Virus record (IMG/VR): IMGVR_UViG_3300045988_133686
Location: 1 to 64,000 of that record
Length of the DNA stretch: 64,000 bases
Strand: one strand, 5' to 3'
Source: a virus
The position numbers and the translations under genes are program-made. The notes under the pieces are model-generated. The model had not been told where the DNA came from, did not search any database, and saw only the letters and a list, made by a program, of their open reading frames with translations. Shown piece after piece: positions 24,232 to 33,948 of this stretch. How positions within the stretch are numbered: the stretch's first letter is position 1; each line of letters opens with the position of its first letter.

Positions 24232-25632
24232 ATGCAGCGCCTGTCTTATTTCGATCCGAATGGTAACTCAAGCCCGATTGCTTCATTTAAGAAGTATTCT
24301 CGTGACGATATTCTTGGGTACCTTCAAAACCCTGCGCGCAACGCCTCTCGTATTATTGATGCCAGTATCTACCTATACAGTACGGTCACGCTGTACCAGC
24401 GTCTCTGCAAGTATTTTGCAGACATGCCGACGTATGACTATATTGTGGCGCCAACAAAACTCAAAGATAGCGACTGGTCAACAGCAGACGCCGCGAAATA
24501 CCGGAAGCAATACTTTAAGGTGCTGTCAACCCTGGAAAACATGAATATCAAGAAGCACGCCAACATCATGGCAAAGGTGGCCATGCGTGAGGGCGCGTTT
24601 TTTGGTGTTGAGGTTTCTACGTCTGACTCGTACACGATTTATCGCTTTCCGCACGATTATTGTAGGGTGACGTCCGACGAAGATGGTTGCCCTATGTTCA
24701 GCGTTGACTTGTCTTATTTCGACCAACGACCGATGGTTATTGAAACTATGGGCGGCGAAATGCAGACAGCGTATAACGCCTATAAAAACACCAATGGTCA
24801 GCGATGGTATGAACCATCGTCCAGCATTCAGGTGTGCATTCTCGCGGATGAGAGCTTGGACTATATCGTGCCACCCCTCTCCGGCTGCTTCGCCGACCTA
24901 TATCTTATTGACAACTACAAAGATATGGCAAGTGCCAAGACGGCGATTGATATTTACAAGCTCATCAGCATGAAATTGCCAACCGACAAAGATGGCAAAA
25001 TGACTGTCGATGACGCGGTTGCGACCAAATTCTACAACCAGGTTGCGTCGCAGCTCCCCGACCAAATCGGTCTGGGTATGTCACCGTTTGAGATTTCCGA
25101 GGTATCGTTTAACCGCAGCACTGCGGACGCTGACACCACAGCGCGCGCCGAGCGCGACTTATTTGCCAGCATCGGTGTATCGCAGATGATCTTCTCTAAC
25201 GAGATTGCATCCAGCACAGCGCTTGTCAAGAGTCTTTGCAATGACTTCTCGTATGTTGCCCCGATCATTCGTTCGATCGAAGCATGGCTTAACCGTAAGC
25301 TCAAACAAATGAGTGGCAGCATCAAGTTTAAGGTCATCATGCCAGATGTGACGATGTACAACCGCGCGGACTACGCCGAATCAATCCGCAAGGACATGCA
25401 GTATGGCGTGCCGTGCAAGGGACTACTCGCCGCGGTCAATTATGGCTACACACCCATGGATACTTATGGGCTGACGTTCTTAGAGAACCAGGTGCTCGAC
25501 TACCCGAACACATTTATCCCGCCGCAATCAGCCAACACACAGTCCAGCGGCGATGGCGGACGCCCAGCTATTACTGGTGACGGCATAAGTGACGAGGGCG
25601 ACGCCACAAGGGAGGCGGATAAGAATGCCTAA
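24232..25632 (+). CDS. portal protein (N-terminus probably extends to about 24163)
   Basis: 466 aa directly after terL, called by size and position. The frame is open from 24157 and a strong SD (GAAAGGTGGTGA) lies 6 nt before an in-frame ATC at 24163. Confidence 0.6.
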   Translation: MQRLSYFDPNGNSSPIASFKKYSRDDILGYLQNPARNASRIIDASIYLYSTVTLYQRLCKYFADMPTYDYIVAPTKLKDSDWSTADAAKYRKQYFKVLSTLENMNIKKHANIMAKVAMREGAFFGVEVSTSDSYTIYRFPHDYCRVTSDEDGCPMFSVDLSYFDQRPMVIETMGGEMQTAYNAYKNTNGQRWYEPSSSIQVCILADESLDYIVPPLSGCFADLYLIDNYKDMASAKTAIDIYKLISMKLPTDKDGKMTVDDAVATKFYNQVASQLPDQIGLGMSPFEISEVSFNRSTADADTTARAERDLFASIGVSQMIFSNEIASSTALVKSLCNDFSYVAPIIRSIEAWLNRKLKQMSGSIKFKVIMPDVTMYNRADYAESIRKDMQYGVPCKGLLAAVNYGYTPMDTYGLTFLENQVLDYPNTFIPPQSANTQSSGDGGRPAITGDGISDEGDATREADKNA

Positions 25633-25801
25633 ATTCGTATACGTCTTCACTGACGAAGCGCAGCAAGAGTTGCGTGACAAAGGATACATCTGCCTGGGTG
25701 AATTTGATACTCACTCCGGCACTGTATATATCTTCGAGAACAAGGACGGTATGTGCTTTGACTCGCACCGTCATGTATTCTCGAACACACTACCTATCTG
25801 A
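25625..25801 (+). CDS. hypothetical small protein
   Basis: ATG at 25625 after GGAGGCGGATAAGA. It overlaps the end of the portal gene. Product is 58 aa. Confidence 0.5.
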   Translation: MPKFVYVFTDEAQQELRDKGYICLGEFDTHSGTVYIFENKDGMCFDSHRHVFSNTLPI

Positions 25802-25821
25802 TATAGAAAGGTGGTGAAAAG

Positions 25822-27198
25822 ATGAATGACCTAGAATCCCTATCTCTTCCTATCGAGTACGAAGTTGATTCGTCCTTCATGTCCGCAAAATTTATCAAGA
25901 TGCGCCTGAAGATTTGCCATGATGGCAAGAATCCGAAGGGCACTTTTTTTAGTTTGGACGGAATGGATGCGGCGAAGCCTTCCCTATTTAACAGCCCAGT
26001 GCTCGCGCACGTTGTCTTTGACGCAGACGGCAAACCGAAATTCGGCGGCCACGACATGCACGTTGAAGACGATGCGGAAAATGACGACGCCGAGGTGCTT
26101 GTTTATGACGAGCAGCCCATCGGCGTAATCCCTGAGTCCTGCCACTACGAAACCGTAGAGGAAGATAACCGCCATTACGCTTACGCTGACTGTTACATCT
26201 GGCGCGGGTATAGCGGGTACGCGGAACGCATCATCGAACGCGACTCGACTATCAAGCTCAGTATGGAAGTTAACGTTAACCGAGGCACTTATGATAGCAA
26301 GTCCAAGACCTATTATGTTCACGATTATTTTTATAAAGGCATAACATTTCTTGGCGACGACCGCACTCCCGGCATGGCTGGCGCGTGCGGTTCTGTTATC
26401 AATTTTTCCAGGGATACGTTCCTGGCTGAGTTAAAGGAAGAGATCAAAAATCTAAGTAAGGAGGAAGAAACTTTGGACGAAAAGATTCCTGCGGTCGAAC
26501 AGACCGTAGAAACGCCTACCGAAGAGCAGCAGTTTGATCTGAATACCAACGAGCATGAACTGCTAGCCGACGCTGTGCGTAACTGTGCCACATGGCAGCC
26601 CGAATGGACGGATCATGAAGTGCCGCTCTACTGGTTTCTTGATTACGATGCGGAGGCCGGAGAAGTTTATGTGCTCGACGACAAGGAGTGGAAGCTCTAC
26701 GGCGCTCACTACACAAAGAACGGTGATGTCTACACTATCGACGTAACGACCATGCGCCGCATGAAGTATGCCATCGTTGAGCTGAACGCTGGCGAAGAGC
26801 CTGTCGATCCGCCCATCCCGGACATCTACACCGATACCATTAAGCGTCTTAGCGACGAGAAGTCTGAATACGAAGCCGCGCACTCTCACTCTAACGAAGA
26901 GTACGAGGCGCTAGCGCAGTACAAGGCCGGTCGCGAGGATGGCGACAAGCGCCAGGCTTACGACGCCGTGATCGCAGAGTTCGAGGACATTGCGGACACT
27001 GCCGAGTTTGTCGAACTCAAGCCTCACATTTACGAAGCCGAGTCCGAGGATGCTCTGCGCAACACTTGTTACGCTATCCGCGGCAAGAATATGAAGTTCT
27101 CTCTGCCCGCCAAGAAGCCTGCCGTCGTGCGTGTACCGATCAACGTCGCGACCGATGACAAGCCTTATGGCGGTATTATTGACACCTACAATCACTAA
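25822..27198 (+). CDS. head-module protein (scaffold and/or prohead-protease-like)
   Basis: 458 aa between the portal and capsid genes, with an acidic, coiled C-terminal half. SD is GAAAGGTGGTGA. The function is inferred from position only. Confidence 0.4.
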   Translation: MNDLESLSLPIEYEVDSSFMSAKFIKMRLKICHDGKNPKGTFFSLDGMDAAKPSLFNSPVLAHVVFDADGKPKFGGHDMHVEDDAENDDAEVLVYDEQPIGVIPESCHYETVEEDNRHYAYADCYIWRGYSGYAERIIERDSTIKLSMEVNVNRGTYDSKSKTYYVHDYFYKGITFLGDDRTPGMAGACGSVINFSRDTFLAELKEEIKNLSKEEETLDEKIPAVEQTVETPTEEQQFDLNTNEHELLADAVRNCATWQPEWTDHEVPLYWFLDYDAEAGEVYVLDDKEWKLYGAHYTKNGDVYTIDVTTMRRMKYAIVELNAGEEPVDPPIPDIYTDTIKRLSDEKSEYEAAHSHSNEEYEALAQYKAGREDGDKRQAYDAVIAEFEDIADTAEFVELKPHIYEAESEDALRNTCYAIRGKNMKFSLPAKKPAVVRVPINVATDDKPYGGIIDTYNH

Positions 27199-27215
27199 AA
27201 CAGGAGGAATAACAC

Positions 27216-27704
27216 ATGGCAAAGCACACTGTTGTGCGTCTTGATGACGTCGATACCAATCGCGTTGTATCTCTACAGTACCATAATGGCACCAACTATG
27301 CCGAAATCGACAACGGTCACGTCCTGAAGCTGGACTCCCTGATGGATGGCCAGCGTGAGGTCTATAAGGCCGTTGCGCCCACCGCAAGCACTCCCCTCGA
27401 CCAGATCGTTCTGGTTGCTTCTCCCGAACTGATGTATGACGAGCGCAAGGTTAACCTTGACGAGTTTTATAACGAAGTTGGCGTGCATGCCCGCGGTTAT
27501 GTGCTGAATCGTGGCTGTGTGGTCGGCATTACCAAGGACGGCATTGATGGCACTCCCGCCGTTGGTCATGTCATCGAGCTACAGGCTGGCACCAAGCTCA
27601 AGGACGTAGCTACTGCTACCGCCAGCACCACCACCGTTGGTCGCGTTATCGCGCTGGAAACCGTCGGCACTTACGAGTACGTCGTTATCCGCGTCGAAGC
27701 TTAA
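27216..27704 (+). CDS. head-module protein (possible decoration or auxiliary capsid protein)
   Basis: 162 aa with SD CAGGAGGA, immediately upstream of the major capsid candidate. Confidence 0.4.
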   Translation: MAKHTVVRLDDVDTNRVVSLQYHNGTNYAEIDNGHVLKLDSLMDGQREVYKAVAPTASTPLDQIVLVASPELMYDERKVNLDEFYNEVGVHARGYVLNRGCVVGITKDGIDGTPAVGHVIELQAGTKLKDVATATASTTTVGRVIALETVGTYEYVVIRVEA

Positions 27705-27730
27705 TTGAATTGAACTAAGGAGGAACATAT

Positions 27731-28735
27731 ATGGATCAGAAGAACGTAGTCAAGCTGGCTCGTGATGTCTTCCATGGCACCGTAGACGGCAATTATTCTG
27801 TTTCTGACGCGAACACCGCGCTTGTCAATGCGTTAGTCGCAGCTAACGGCGGCTCTACCGTTGTCAACTATAAGACCCTGCGTCGCAACTCCACTGAGCT
27901 GTTTGAAATTCTTGAAGAGACTCTGCCCGCTCTCATTATTGAGGGTCTTCAGGGCGATGAGTTCTTCATGAACCTGGTCGAGGAGCGCAATCTGGCCGAG
28001 GGTGACACTAACGAGTTCATCGTTCCCGACAACTCTACCTTTATTGTCTCCGAGATCGCTAACGGCGTTGCTACTCCTCGTCGTCAGCGCATCGGTGAGG
28101 CTACCAAGGTTGCTGTAAAGACCACCATCCACGCCATCCGTATGTACGAGGAGCTTTCCCGTGTGCTGGCCGGTCGTGTGGACTGGAACACCTTCGTCAA
28201 CAAGGTGACTGAAGCGTTCCGCGCCAACCTGCTGAACGATATGTATACCGCTCTGTCTGGCATTACCGCCAACACCGTCGGTCTGAGCGCCACCTATGTC
28301 AAGTCCGGCTCCTACTCCGAAGAGGATCTTATGAAGATCGTCGATCACGTTGAAGCCGCCACCGGCAAGACCGCGTATATCGTTGGCACCAAGCCCGCGC
28401 TCCGCAAATGCACCGCCGCTGTTGTCTCTGATAAGGCAAAGGACGATGTGTATGGCACCGGCTTCTACGGCAAGCTGGATGGTGTTCCCATGATCGCCAT
28501 CAAGAATCGTCACAAGGTCGGCACCGATGAGTTCATCTTCCCCGATGACAAGCTGTTTATCCTAGCTGGTGACGAAAAGCTCATCAAGCTGGTGCGCGAG
28601 GGTTCTGCGACCATCAAGTACGAGGACGGCATGAGCTACGACAACCGCGACATGTCCATGGAATACCTGTACATGGAAAAGTACGGTGTCGCTATTGTCA
28701 TCACCGGTAAGATTGGTGTTTACACCATTTCCTAA
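27731..28735 (+). CDS. major capsid protein (candidate)
   Basis: 334 aa with a very strong SD (TAAGGAGGA). Position, size and codon usage fit a highly expressed gene. Confidence 0.6.
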   Translation: MDQKNVVKLARDVFHGTVDGNYSVSDANTALVNALVAANGGSTVVNYKTLRRNSTELFEILEETLPALIIEGLQGDEFFMNLVEERNLAEGDTNEFIVPDNSTFIVSEIANGVATPRRQRIGEATKVAVKTTIHAIRMYEELSRVLAGRVDWNTFVNKVTEAFRANLLNDMYTALSGITANTVGLSATYVKSGSYSEEDLMKIVDHVEAATGKTAYIVGTKPALRKCTAAVVSDKAKDDVYGTGFYGKLDGVPMIAIKNRHKVGTDEFIFPDDKLFILAGDEKLIKLVREGSATIKYEDGMSYDNRDMSMEYLYMEKYGVAIVITGKIGVYTIS

Positions 28736-28771
28736 TTAATTTATTGAGACAGAACGAAAGGAAGATAAAAT

Positions 28772-29365
28772 ATGCCGCGCGCAAAATCTACTACTGCATC
28801 TAAGACTACAACTCAGAAGACCACGCAGCCCGCGGTGACGGAGGTCGAACAGACTAACGCCACCGACGATGTTTCTACTAAGGCTCCTTCCCCTCGCAAG
28901 AAAGTGCGCCCCACCCTGGCCGATGTGAACCTCAACGACCTGGTTGAGGTGCGCTCTTGTGTTTACGGGGGTCTGGTTTACATTGCGAACAACGGATACC
29001 GTGTGGACTGGGATGAGTTCGGTGCTTCTCAGTATATGACCGTGCAGGATCTAATGACGATGCGCAACACCCAAAAATCATTCTTCGTGAACAACTGGGT
29101 ATGCCTCTGCGGCGACAACGCCGCGGACGTCACCTCTTTCCTACAGCTTGACCGTTATACGAATAAGTCAATTGACCCCGATACCATCGACGACGTGTTT
29201 GAGATGTCTCCGTCAGAGCTGCGCGCCGCGCTGGAGTCTTATTCTCCTGCTATGCGTGATGTCGTAGTACGTCGAGCATATGCCCTTATTCAGGACGGTA
29301 CGCTTGATAGCAACAAACTCATTGATGTTATCGAGGATGTCACCGGCTACGATCTGCGGGGTTAA
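28772..29365 (+). CDS. hypothetical head-associated protein
   Basis: 197 aa with a low-complexity T/K-rich N-terminus. Confidence 0.5.
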   Translation: MPRAKSTTASKTTTQKTTQPAVTEVEQTNATDDVSTKAPSPRKKVRPTLADVNLNDLVEVRSCVYGGLVYIANNGYRVDWDEFGASQYMTVQDLMTMRNTQKSFFVNNWVCLCGDNAADVTSFLQLDRYTNKSIDPDTIDDVFEMSPSELRAALESYSPAMRDVVVRRAYALIQDGTLDSNKLIDVIEDVTGYDLRG

Positions 29366-29368
29366 GCT

Positions 29369-29803
29369 ATGACAGCATATGAGACTATCTTCGATAATTT
29401 TCGTGTCCAGGTCTTGGACTTTGACATGATTAAGGTGCCGGAGGACGTTCGGTACAATATGCTGATGGGTTTCATGAACGCAGCACAGGCGTATTTCCAA
29501 ACCAGATGCACAGTGGATCTTAGCGATCGTGACGATGTTCTTGGGCAGTACAACCATACCCTCGGCGTTGAAGAGATCCACATCATGGTTCTCGGCATGG
29601 TCTGGGCTTGGTATAACTACCGGCTCAACCAGTCCGACAATCTGATGAACTACCTCAACACCAGAGACTACAACATGGCCTCTGCCCCTGGACGTATGCT
29701 TGAGTCCCAGCGCGCCGCGCGCGACGGCGCCTGGGATGCCTTTAGACAAGCGTTGATTGATTATAGCTACCTCCATGGCGGCGTCGATCAGCTCAAGCCG
29801 TGA
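29369..29803 (+). CDS. head-tail connector-region protein
   Basis: 144 aa, called from gene order only. Confidence 0.4.
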   Translation: MTAYETIFDNFRVQVLDFDMIKVPEDVRYNMLMGFMNAAQAYFQTRCTVDLSDRDDVLGQYNHTLGVEEIHIMVLGMVWAWYNYRLNQSDNLMNYLNTRDYNMASAPGRMLESQRAARDGAWDAFRQALIDYSYLHGGVDQLKP

Positions 29804-29813
29804 GGTAATGTGA

Positions 29814-30098
29814 ATGAAGACATTTCTTTTAAGCCTCACAAACAAGATTTACAAGATTCTACCGCTCAGAGAGGAACAGAACGATGGGTTAAAGGCGCAC
29901 ATTGATAGTTTGCGCATCGAGCTTATCGGCGCGTACCGTACATTCGCAGTGCTGCGCACCAGCCGCCCGTACATCGAGATTGTCAATACTATCAACTACA
30001 TGGCGTATCATCGCTACTCTGTGACGGCTTGCCGCCGCGAGGTGTTCAAGATGTTGCGCCTTGCAAAGCAGTTGCAGGAGAGTGATCTACATGACTGA
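29814..30098 (+). CDS. head-tail connector-region protein
   Basis: 94 aa, called from gene order only. Confidence 0.4.
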   Translation: MKTFLLSLTNKIYKILPLREEQNDGLKAHIDSLRIELIGAYRTFAVLRTSRPYIEIVNTINYMAYHRYSVTACRREVFKMLRLAKQLQESDLHD

Positions 30099-31086
30099 TT
30101 GGATGGGATACGAAGCCATCGTAACCGCTCGTGGCCGCACCCGTCGTGATCGTATCATCAATCAGGCACGGGATCACCTTGAGCGAACCGCCCCGGATCA
30201 GCCGTCTTATACAAAATGCTTGGTGGATGGGCATGAAGTTAATATGTTGATTATGGGTGGCGACACTGCCGACCAGAAAAAGTTCCGCGTCATGCCAACT
30301 GACAACCATTATGTCACATACGGCAATATTGTTGAGTGGTCTAATTCGCACTGGATTGTGATACACGCAGACTTCGACGACAGCATCTCAAAGCGCGGTT
30401 ACATGCAGTATTGCAACCACAAGTTCAAGTTTCAGGCGCACGACGGGCGTGTGTATGAACGTTGGGGTGTGCTGGATTCCGGTGTATACTCTACCACCGT
30501 TAAAAACACACTAGCTATGCCGGAGTTGAACACACAATACAAGGTGTACCTGCCATACGATGACGATACAAAGTACCTTTATATTGACCAACGTTTTGCT
30601 GGCGGTATGATGTATGACCGCACGGGCGATCCGGAACTAGCTGTGTACAAGTTTACCAAGTACGATCCGCTTACCCAGAATCAGGGCAACGGCCGACTGC
30701 TTGTCATGCACTGTGCGGCCGACGTATATGACCCGGCGCGCGACGACATTGAGCTTGGTATTTGTGATTATGTGAAACCGGGCGACGCACCCGCGCACAC
30801 AACATTGTCCATCGTTCCGGTAGCCTCACCTAATCCCGTTATTGGTGGAGCACCTTCCGCCTATCAATGCGTGTTGACGAATAAGGGCGAGCTGCCAGAT
30901 GATCTCACTTGGACGTGGCAGAGTACAGACATGAGCTGTGCAACATTCACACTCTCTAGTAATGATAAGGCGTTGCTATCAGTGTCAAGATTCTGTAGCG
31001 TTGGTACCTTATTTGTCTTACGGGTATCCTCCGCATCACTGAACGCGGAAGCGTCTATCACAGTAGAGGCGGTGAGTATCTATTAA
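30091..31086 (+). CDS. structural protein with a C-terminal Ig-like (Big_2-type) domain
   Basis: Start at 30091 after AGGAGA. The C-terminus ...TLSIVPVASPNPVIGGAPSAYQCVLTNKGE...LTWTWQSTD...SITVEAV fits a bacterial Ig-like domain pattern. Confidence 0.55.
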   Translation: MTDWMGYEAIVTARGRTRRDRIINQARDHLERTAPDQPSYTKCLVDGHEVNMLIMGGDTADQKKFRVMPTDNHYVTYGNIVEWSNSHWIVIHADFDDSISKRGYMQYCNHKFKFQAHDGRVYERWGVLDSGVYSTTVKNTLAMPELNTQYKVYLPYDDDTKYLYIDQRFAGGMMYDRTGDPELAVYKFTKYDPLTQNQGNGRLLVMHCAADVYDPARDDIELGICDYVKPGDAPAHTTLSIVPVASPNPVIGGAPSAYQCVLTNKGELPDDLTWTWQSTDMSCATFTLSSNDKALLSVSRFCSVGTLFVLRVSSASLNAEASITVEAVSIY

Positions 31087-31192
31087 TACATCGTGGCAAA
31101 TCAAACGTATCAAAGACGCGATCATCGCAGCACTACTGGCAGACAGCACCATACCGAGTGTACTGGATGCTGAATGTGTAGACCTCAACACT

Positions 31193-31564
31193 TTGGTCTA
31201 CACGCATATCTACCCAACGTTGCGTGTGCCGGACACTGAATTAGAGCAGAAGACCGTCATCTGTATGGCTGTCAACATTGATGACCCAGTATCTCTGCGT
31301 AACAAACAAGCGCGCAGGGTCACTATTCAGTTGCGCCTACATACTCACCAAGATCAACAAAGGGTTACAACTGGTGTTGCAAGAGGGTATGTGCGCCTGG
31401 ATTATTTGGCCGGAGCCGTCGAAGATGTTATGCGCACCGTGGGCAGGCAGCTCGGTCTGGCAGAGATTGAGCTGTACTCAAACAATGAGAGTCAGCTTGA
31501 CGCCAAGCACCCATGTCGCGTCATGAAGTTTACTGCGTATGCAATCGACAGTCAGTGTCCGTGA
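31193..31564 (+). CDS. head-tail/neck protein (N-terminus probably extends to 31082)
   Basis: The track ORF starts at a TTG without an SD. The frame is open from 31076, with SD GGTGAG 5 nt before an in-frame ATT at 31082 that overlaps the upstream TAA. Confidence 0.5.
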   Translation: MVYTHIYPTLRVPDTELEQKTVICMAVNIDDPVSLRNKQARRVTIQLRLHTHQDQQRVTTGVARGYVRLDYLAGAVEDVMRTVGRQLGLAEIELYSNNESQLDAKHPCRVMKFTAYAIDSQCP

Positions 31565-32336
31565 CACTCTCAAATACGTACAGCGTGGCTCAAATTTAAT
31601 AGTCAATAATCAAATTACGGTGCTCAATCCAACTCTAGCTGATATAGAAGAATACGGTGAGCAGAAATACGTCAGCGAAGTCGCTGCCATTGTGATGCGC
31701 CCGTATGACGCCGCTGTTATGCTTGATGATATCGGGCTTGATTATCTCACTGTAAGGGATTATGACTTTTTTCTGATGACCGCGCGGCTCACGTTGGCAA
31801 ACGGAGCGCTCATTCTGCCTGGGCTGCATTTGAAGGATGCTAAGGTGGGTACCAACCCTGAGAATGGGCAGACTATCTTATATGATCCAGAAGGCAAATA
31901 TGTTATTGATGAACTTGCGTATCAACAGATTGTTGATTATGTACGCATGATCCATTTCATTCCTGCGCGCGTAGAACACGATGTGGCGAACGGGGCTGCC
32001 AAGCAGTTTTTACTCCGTAGTATGCGCTCAAAAATGCGACGCCGCAAGAATAAGCAATTTGAGTCCCAATACTCCCCCATCGTTTCGGCACTGGTGAACT
32101 CCGCTGGCTTTAAGTATAACTATGATTCCGTATGGAGCCTCCACGTCAGCCAGATATGGGATGCCTTTTATAGGGCAAATAAGATACAGTCCTATCAAAA
32201 TACAATGCTCGGTATCTATACCGGCAATATAGACTCAAAAAAGATTGATAAGGATGTGTTGTCGTGGTTCGGGCGTATTGATCCGAACGCCAGCCAACCG
32301 GCCGATCAATCCAAGGCATTGTCCGTCACGCAGTAG
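31539..32336 (+). CDS. hypothetical tail-module protein
   Basis: 265 aa, immediately upstream of the tail tube gene. Confidence 0.5.
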   Translation: MQSTVSVRDTLKYVQRGSNLIVNNQITVLNPTLADIEEYGEQKYVSEVAAIVMRPYDAAVMLDDIGLDYLTVRDYDFFLMTARLTLANGALILPGLHLKDAKVGTNPENGQTILYDPEGKYVIDELAYQQIVDYVRMIHFIPARVEHDVANGAAKQFLLRSMRSKMRRRKNKQFESQYSPIVSALVNSAGFKYNYDSVWSLHVSQIWDAFYRANKIQSYQNTMLGIYTGNIDSKKIDKDVLSWFGRIDPNASQPADQSKALSVTQ

Positions 32337-32374
32337 CGCGGCGGCCTTTATTTTTATAAGGAGGAAAATTCAAC

Positions 32375-33187
32375 ATGGCTGTTACTTCTAATAAGTACAT
32401 CATTCAGAACATGGAGCGCCTGTCCGGCTTCGACCCGGCCGACGGTACCTGCCTGTTTGTTGCCGAAGACCTTCAGGACGGCAACATGACCAACGAGCAG
32501 GAAGACGTCTACGCGACCGGTAAGAACGGCGTTAAGATCGGTTCCGGTTCCCGTAACAAGGCTTCTCGTATTACCGCGACTTCCGGTTCCATTCTGGATG
32601 GCGTTATTGCTACTCAGGTAGGTTCCGACATTAAGCTGGAAACTGTGCATGTGCCCCACATGGAGATCCTGACCGTCGGTGCTGGCAAGACCGCCACCCT
32701 GACCTACAAGGCCATCGGCGCAGAGGGTAATGAGATTCCTTTCATCTACGAGCGCAACTCTGACGGCACCCTCGGCAAGAAGTATGCAATCAACTCTGCT
32801 GCTACTGCCGAGCAGTTCTCCTTTAACGCTACTACCGGCGTGATTACTTGCCCCACCGGCATGACTGAGGGTACTCAGATTGTTGTTTGGTATGACGTCG
32901 AAGCCAAGAATGCGAAGCACATCGTTAACGCCGACAACGTGTTCTCTCGTGAACTGAAGATTGTTGCCGACGTCTGGGCGCGTGGTACCTGCGATGGTAA
33001 GGATTACTACGGCAAGATTATCTACGGCCGTGCCAAGGCGTCTGGTAACTTCGAGCTGGCATTTGGTAATGACCCCTCTGTACAGAACATGGAGTTCGAG
33101 GCTCTGTCCAATAGCTGTTCTGGCGCTGGCAACCTGCTGTGGGACTTCATCATCTTCGACGGCGAGGACATCTCCAAGGTCGGTTAA
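32375..33187 (+). CDS. major tail (tube) protein candidate
   Basis: 270 aa with a strong SD (TAAGGAGGA). Its composition is Gly/Thr-rich and beta-rich, and it sits where a tube gene is expected. Confidence 0.5.
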   Translation: MAVTSNKYIIQNMERLSGFDPADGTCLFVAEDLQDGNMTNEQEDVYATGKNGVKIGSGSRNKASRITATSGSILDGVIATQVGSDIKLETVHVPHMEILTVGAGKTATLTYKAIGAEGNEIPFIYERNSDGTLGKKYAINSAATAEQFSFNATTGVITCPTGMTEGTQIVVWYDVEAKNAKHIVNADNVFSRELKIVADVWARGTCDGKDYYGKIIYGRAKASGNFELAFGNDPSVQNMEFEALSNSCSGAGNLLWDFIIFDGEDISKVG

Positions 33188-33189
33188 TC

Positions 33190-33486
33190 ATGCCCGCACC
33201 AAACCACATTTGCAAAATTTGCGGGGCGGCGTATTATGCGTGCAACCAGTGTGACCAGCGTCATACGTGGCGATCTGTATGCGACACCCCGGAGCACTAC
33301 CAAATATATCAGGTACTCATCATGTTCTCGCGCGATATGATTACCCGTGACGAGGCTGCAACGATGCTCAGTAACCTTGGTGTTACCGCGGATAGCATCC
33401 TGGCCTTCCCACCGGATAAGATCGACGAGATTATGAGTATCATCAAAACACAGACGCGCAAGCGCCACGCTAAAGCCAAGGAATAA
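33190..33486 (+). CDS. small zinc-ribbon protein
   Basis: ATG at 33190. CKICGAAYYACNQCDQRH carries two CxxC motifs. Confidence 0.5.
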   Translation: MPAPNHICKICGAAYYACNQCDQRHTWRSVCDTPEHYQIYQVLIMFSRDMITRDEAATMLSNLGVTADSILAFPPDKIDEIMSIIKTQTRKRHAKAKE

Positions 33487-33564
33487 CTTTGTGCTGCAAC
33501 TGGGCGGCACTATTGTCGCCCATATTTTACGAATGCCCGTGCCATACTGGATGGGCAGTTAAGC

Positions 33565-33595
33565 AAAGAAAACCCGCGCGGTTACGTCGCGCGGG
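33565..33595 (-). terminator. rho-independent terminator (minus-strand orientation)
   Basis: CCCGCGCG-acgtaac-CGCGCGGG followed by TTTTCTTT when read on the minus strand. Confidence 0.7.
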
Positions 33596-33602
33596 CTGTA
33601 GG

Positions 33603-33686
33603 TTATTTGTGCTTTACATGATCGACAATGTCAATTATGACACTTATCGCATTCAGCACAAGGCCGATTATATCAGCGATAATCAT
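33603..33686 (-). CDS. 27-aa hydrophobic peptide (type I toxin-like mini-gene)
   Basis: GGCGGTGA-tatcat-ATG. The peptide MIIADIIGLVLNAISVIIDIVDHVKHK has its own promoter (33802-33830) and terminator. Confidence 0.35.
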   Translation of the reverse strand: MIIADIIGLVLNAISVIIDIVDHVKHK

Positions 33687-33801
33687 ATGATATCACCGCC
33701 AAAGAGGTCGATTCGTCCAAGCTCGCCGATCGGAACTTGGTTCCTTGCAGTTCCTTGTATTCCTTTTACTCTCTGGGGATCGACTTTCCCCTACGGATGA
33801 T

Positions 33802-33830
33802 ATTATACATTGGCAAAATCTTCTTGTAAA
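33802..33830 (-). promoter_or_regulatory. near-consensus promoter (minus strand)
   Basis: TTTACA-17 bp-TATAAT read on the minus strand. Confidence 0.6.
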
Positions 33831-33911
33831 ACACATTCATTTGATTGCTAGACCGGCGTCACCTGCCATAGAACAGAGCACGCTGCGCACAAAACTCTAC
33901 TAGACTCGCCG

Positions 33912-33948
33912 TGTAAAACACAGGGGCGGTATGTGTGTATACCGCCCC
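33912..33948 (-). terminator. rho-independent terminator (minus-strand orientation)
   Basis: GGGGCGGTAT-acacac-ATACCGCCCC followed by TGTGTTTTA on the minus strand. Confidence 0.7.
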
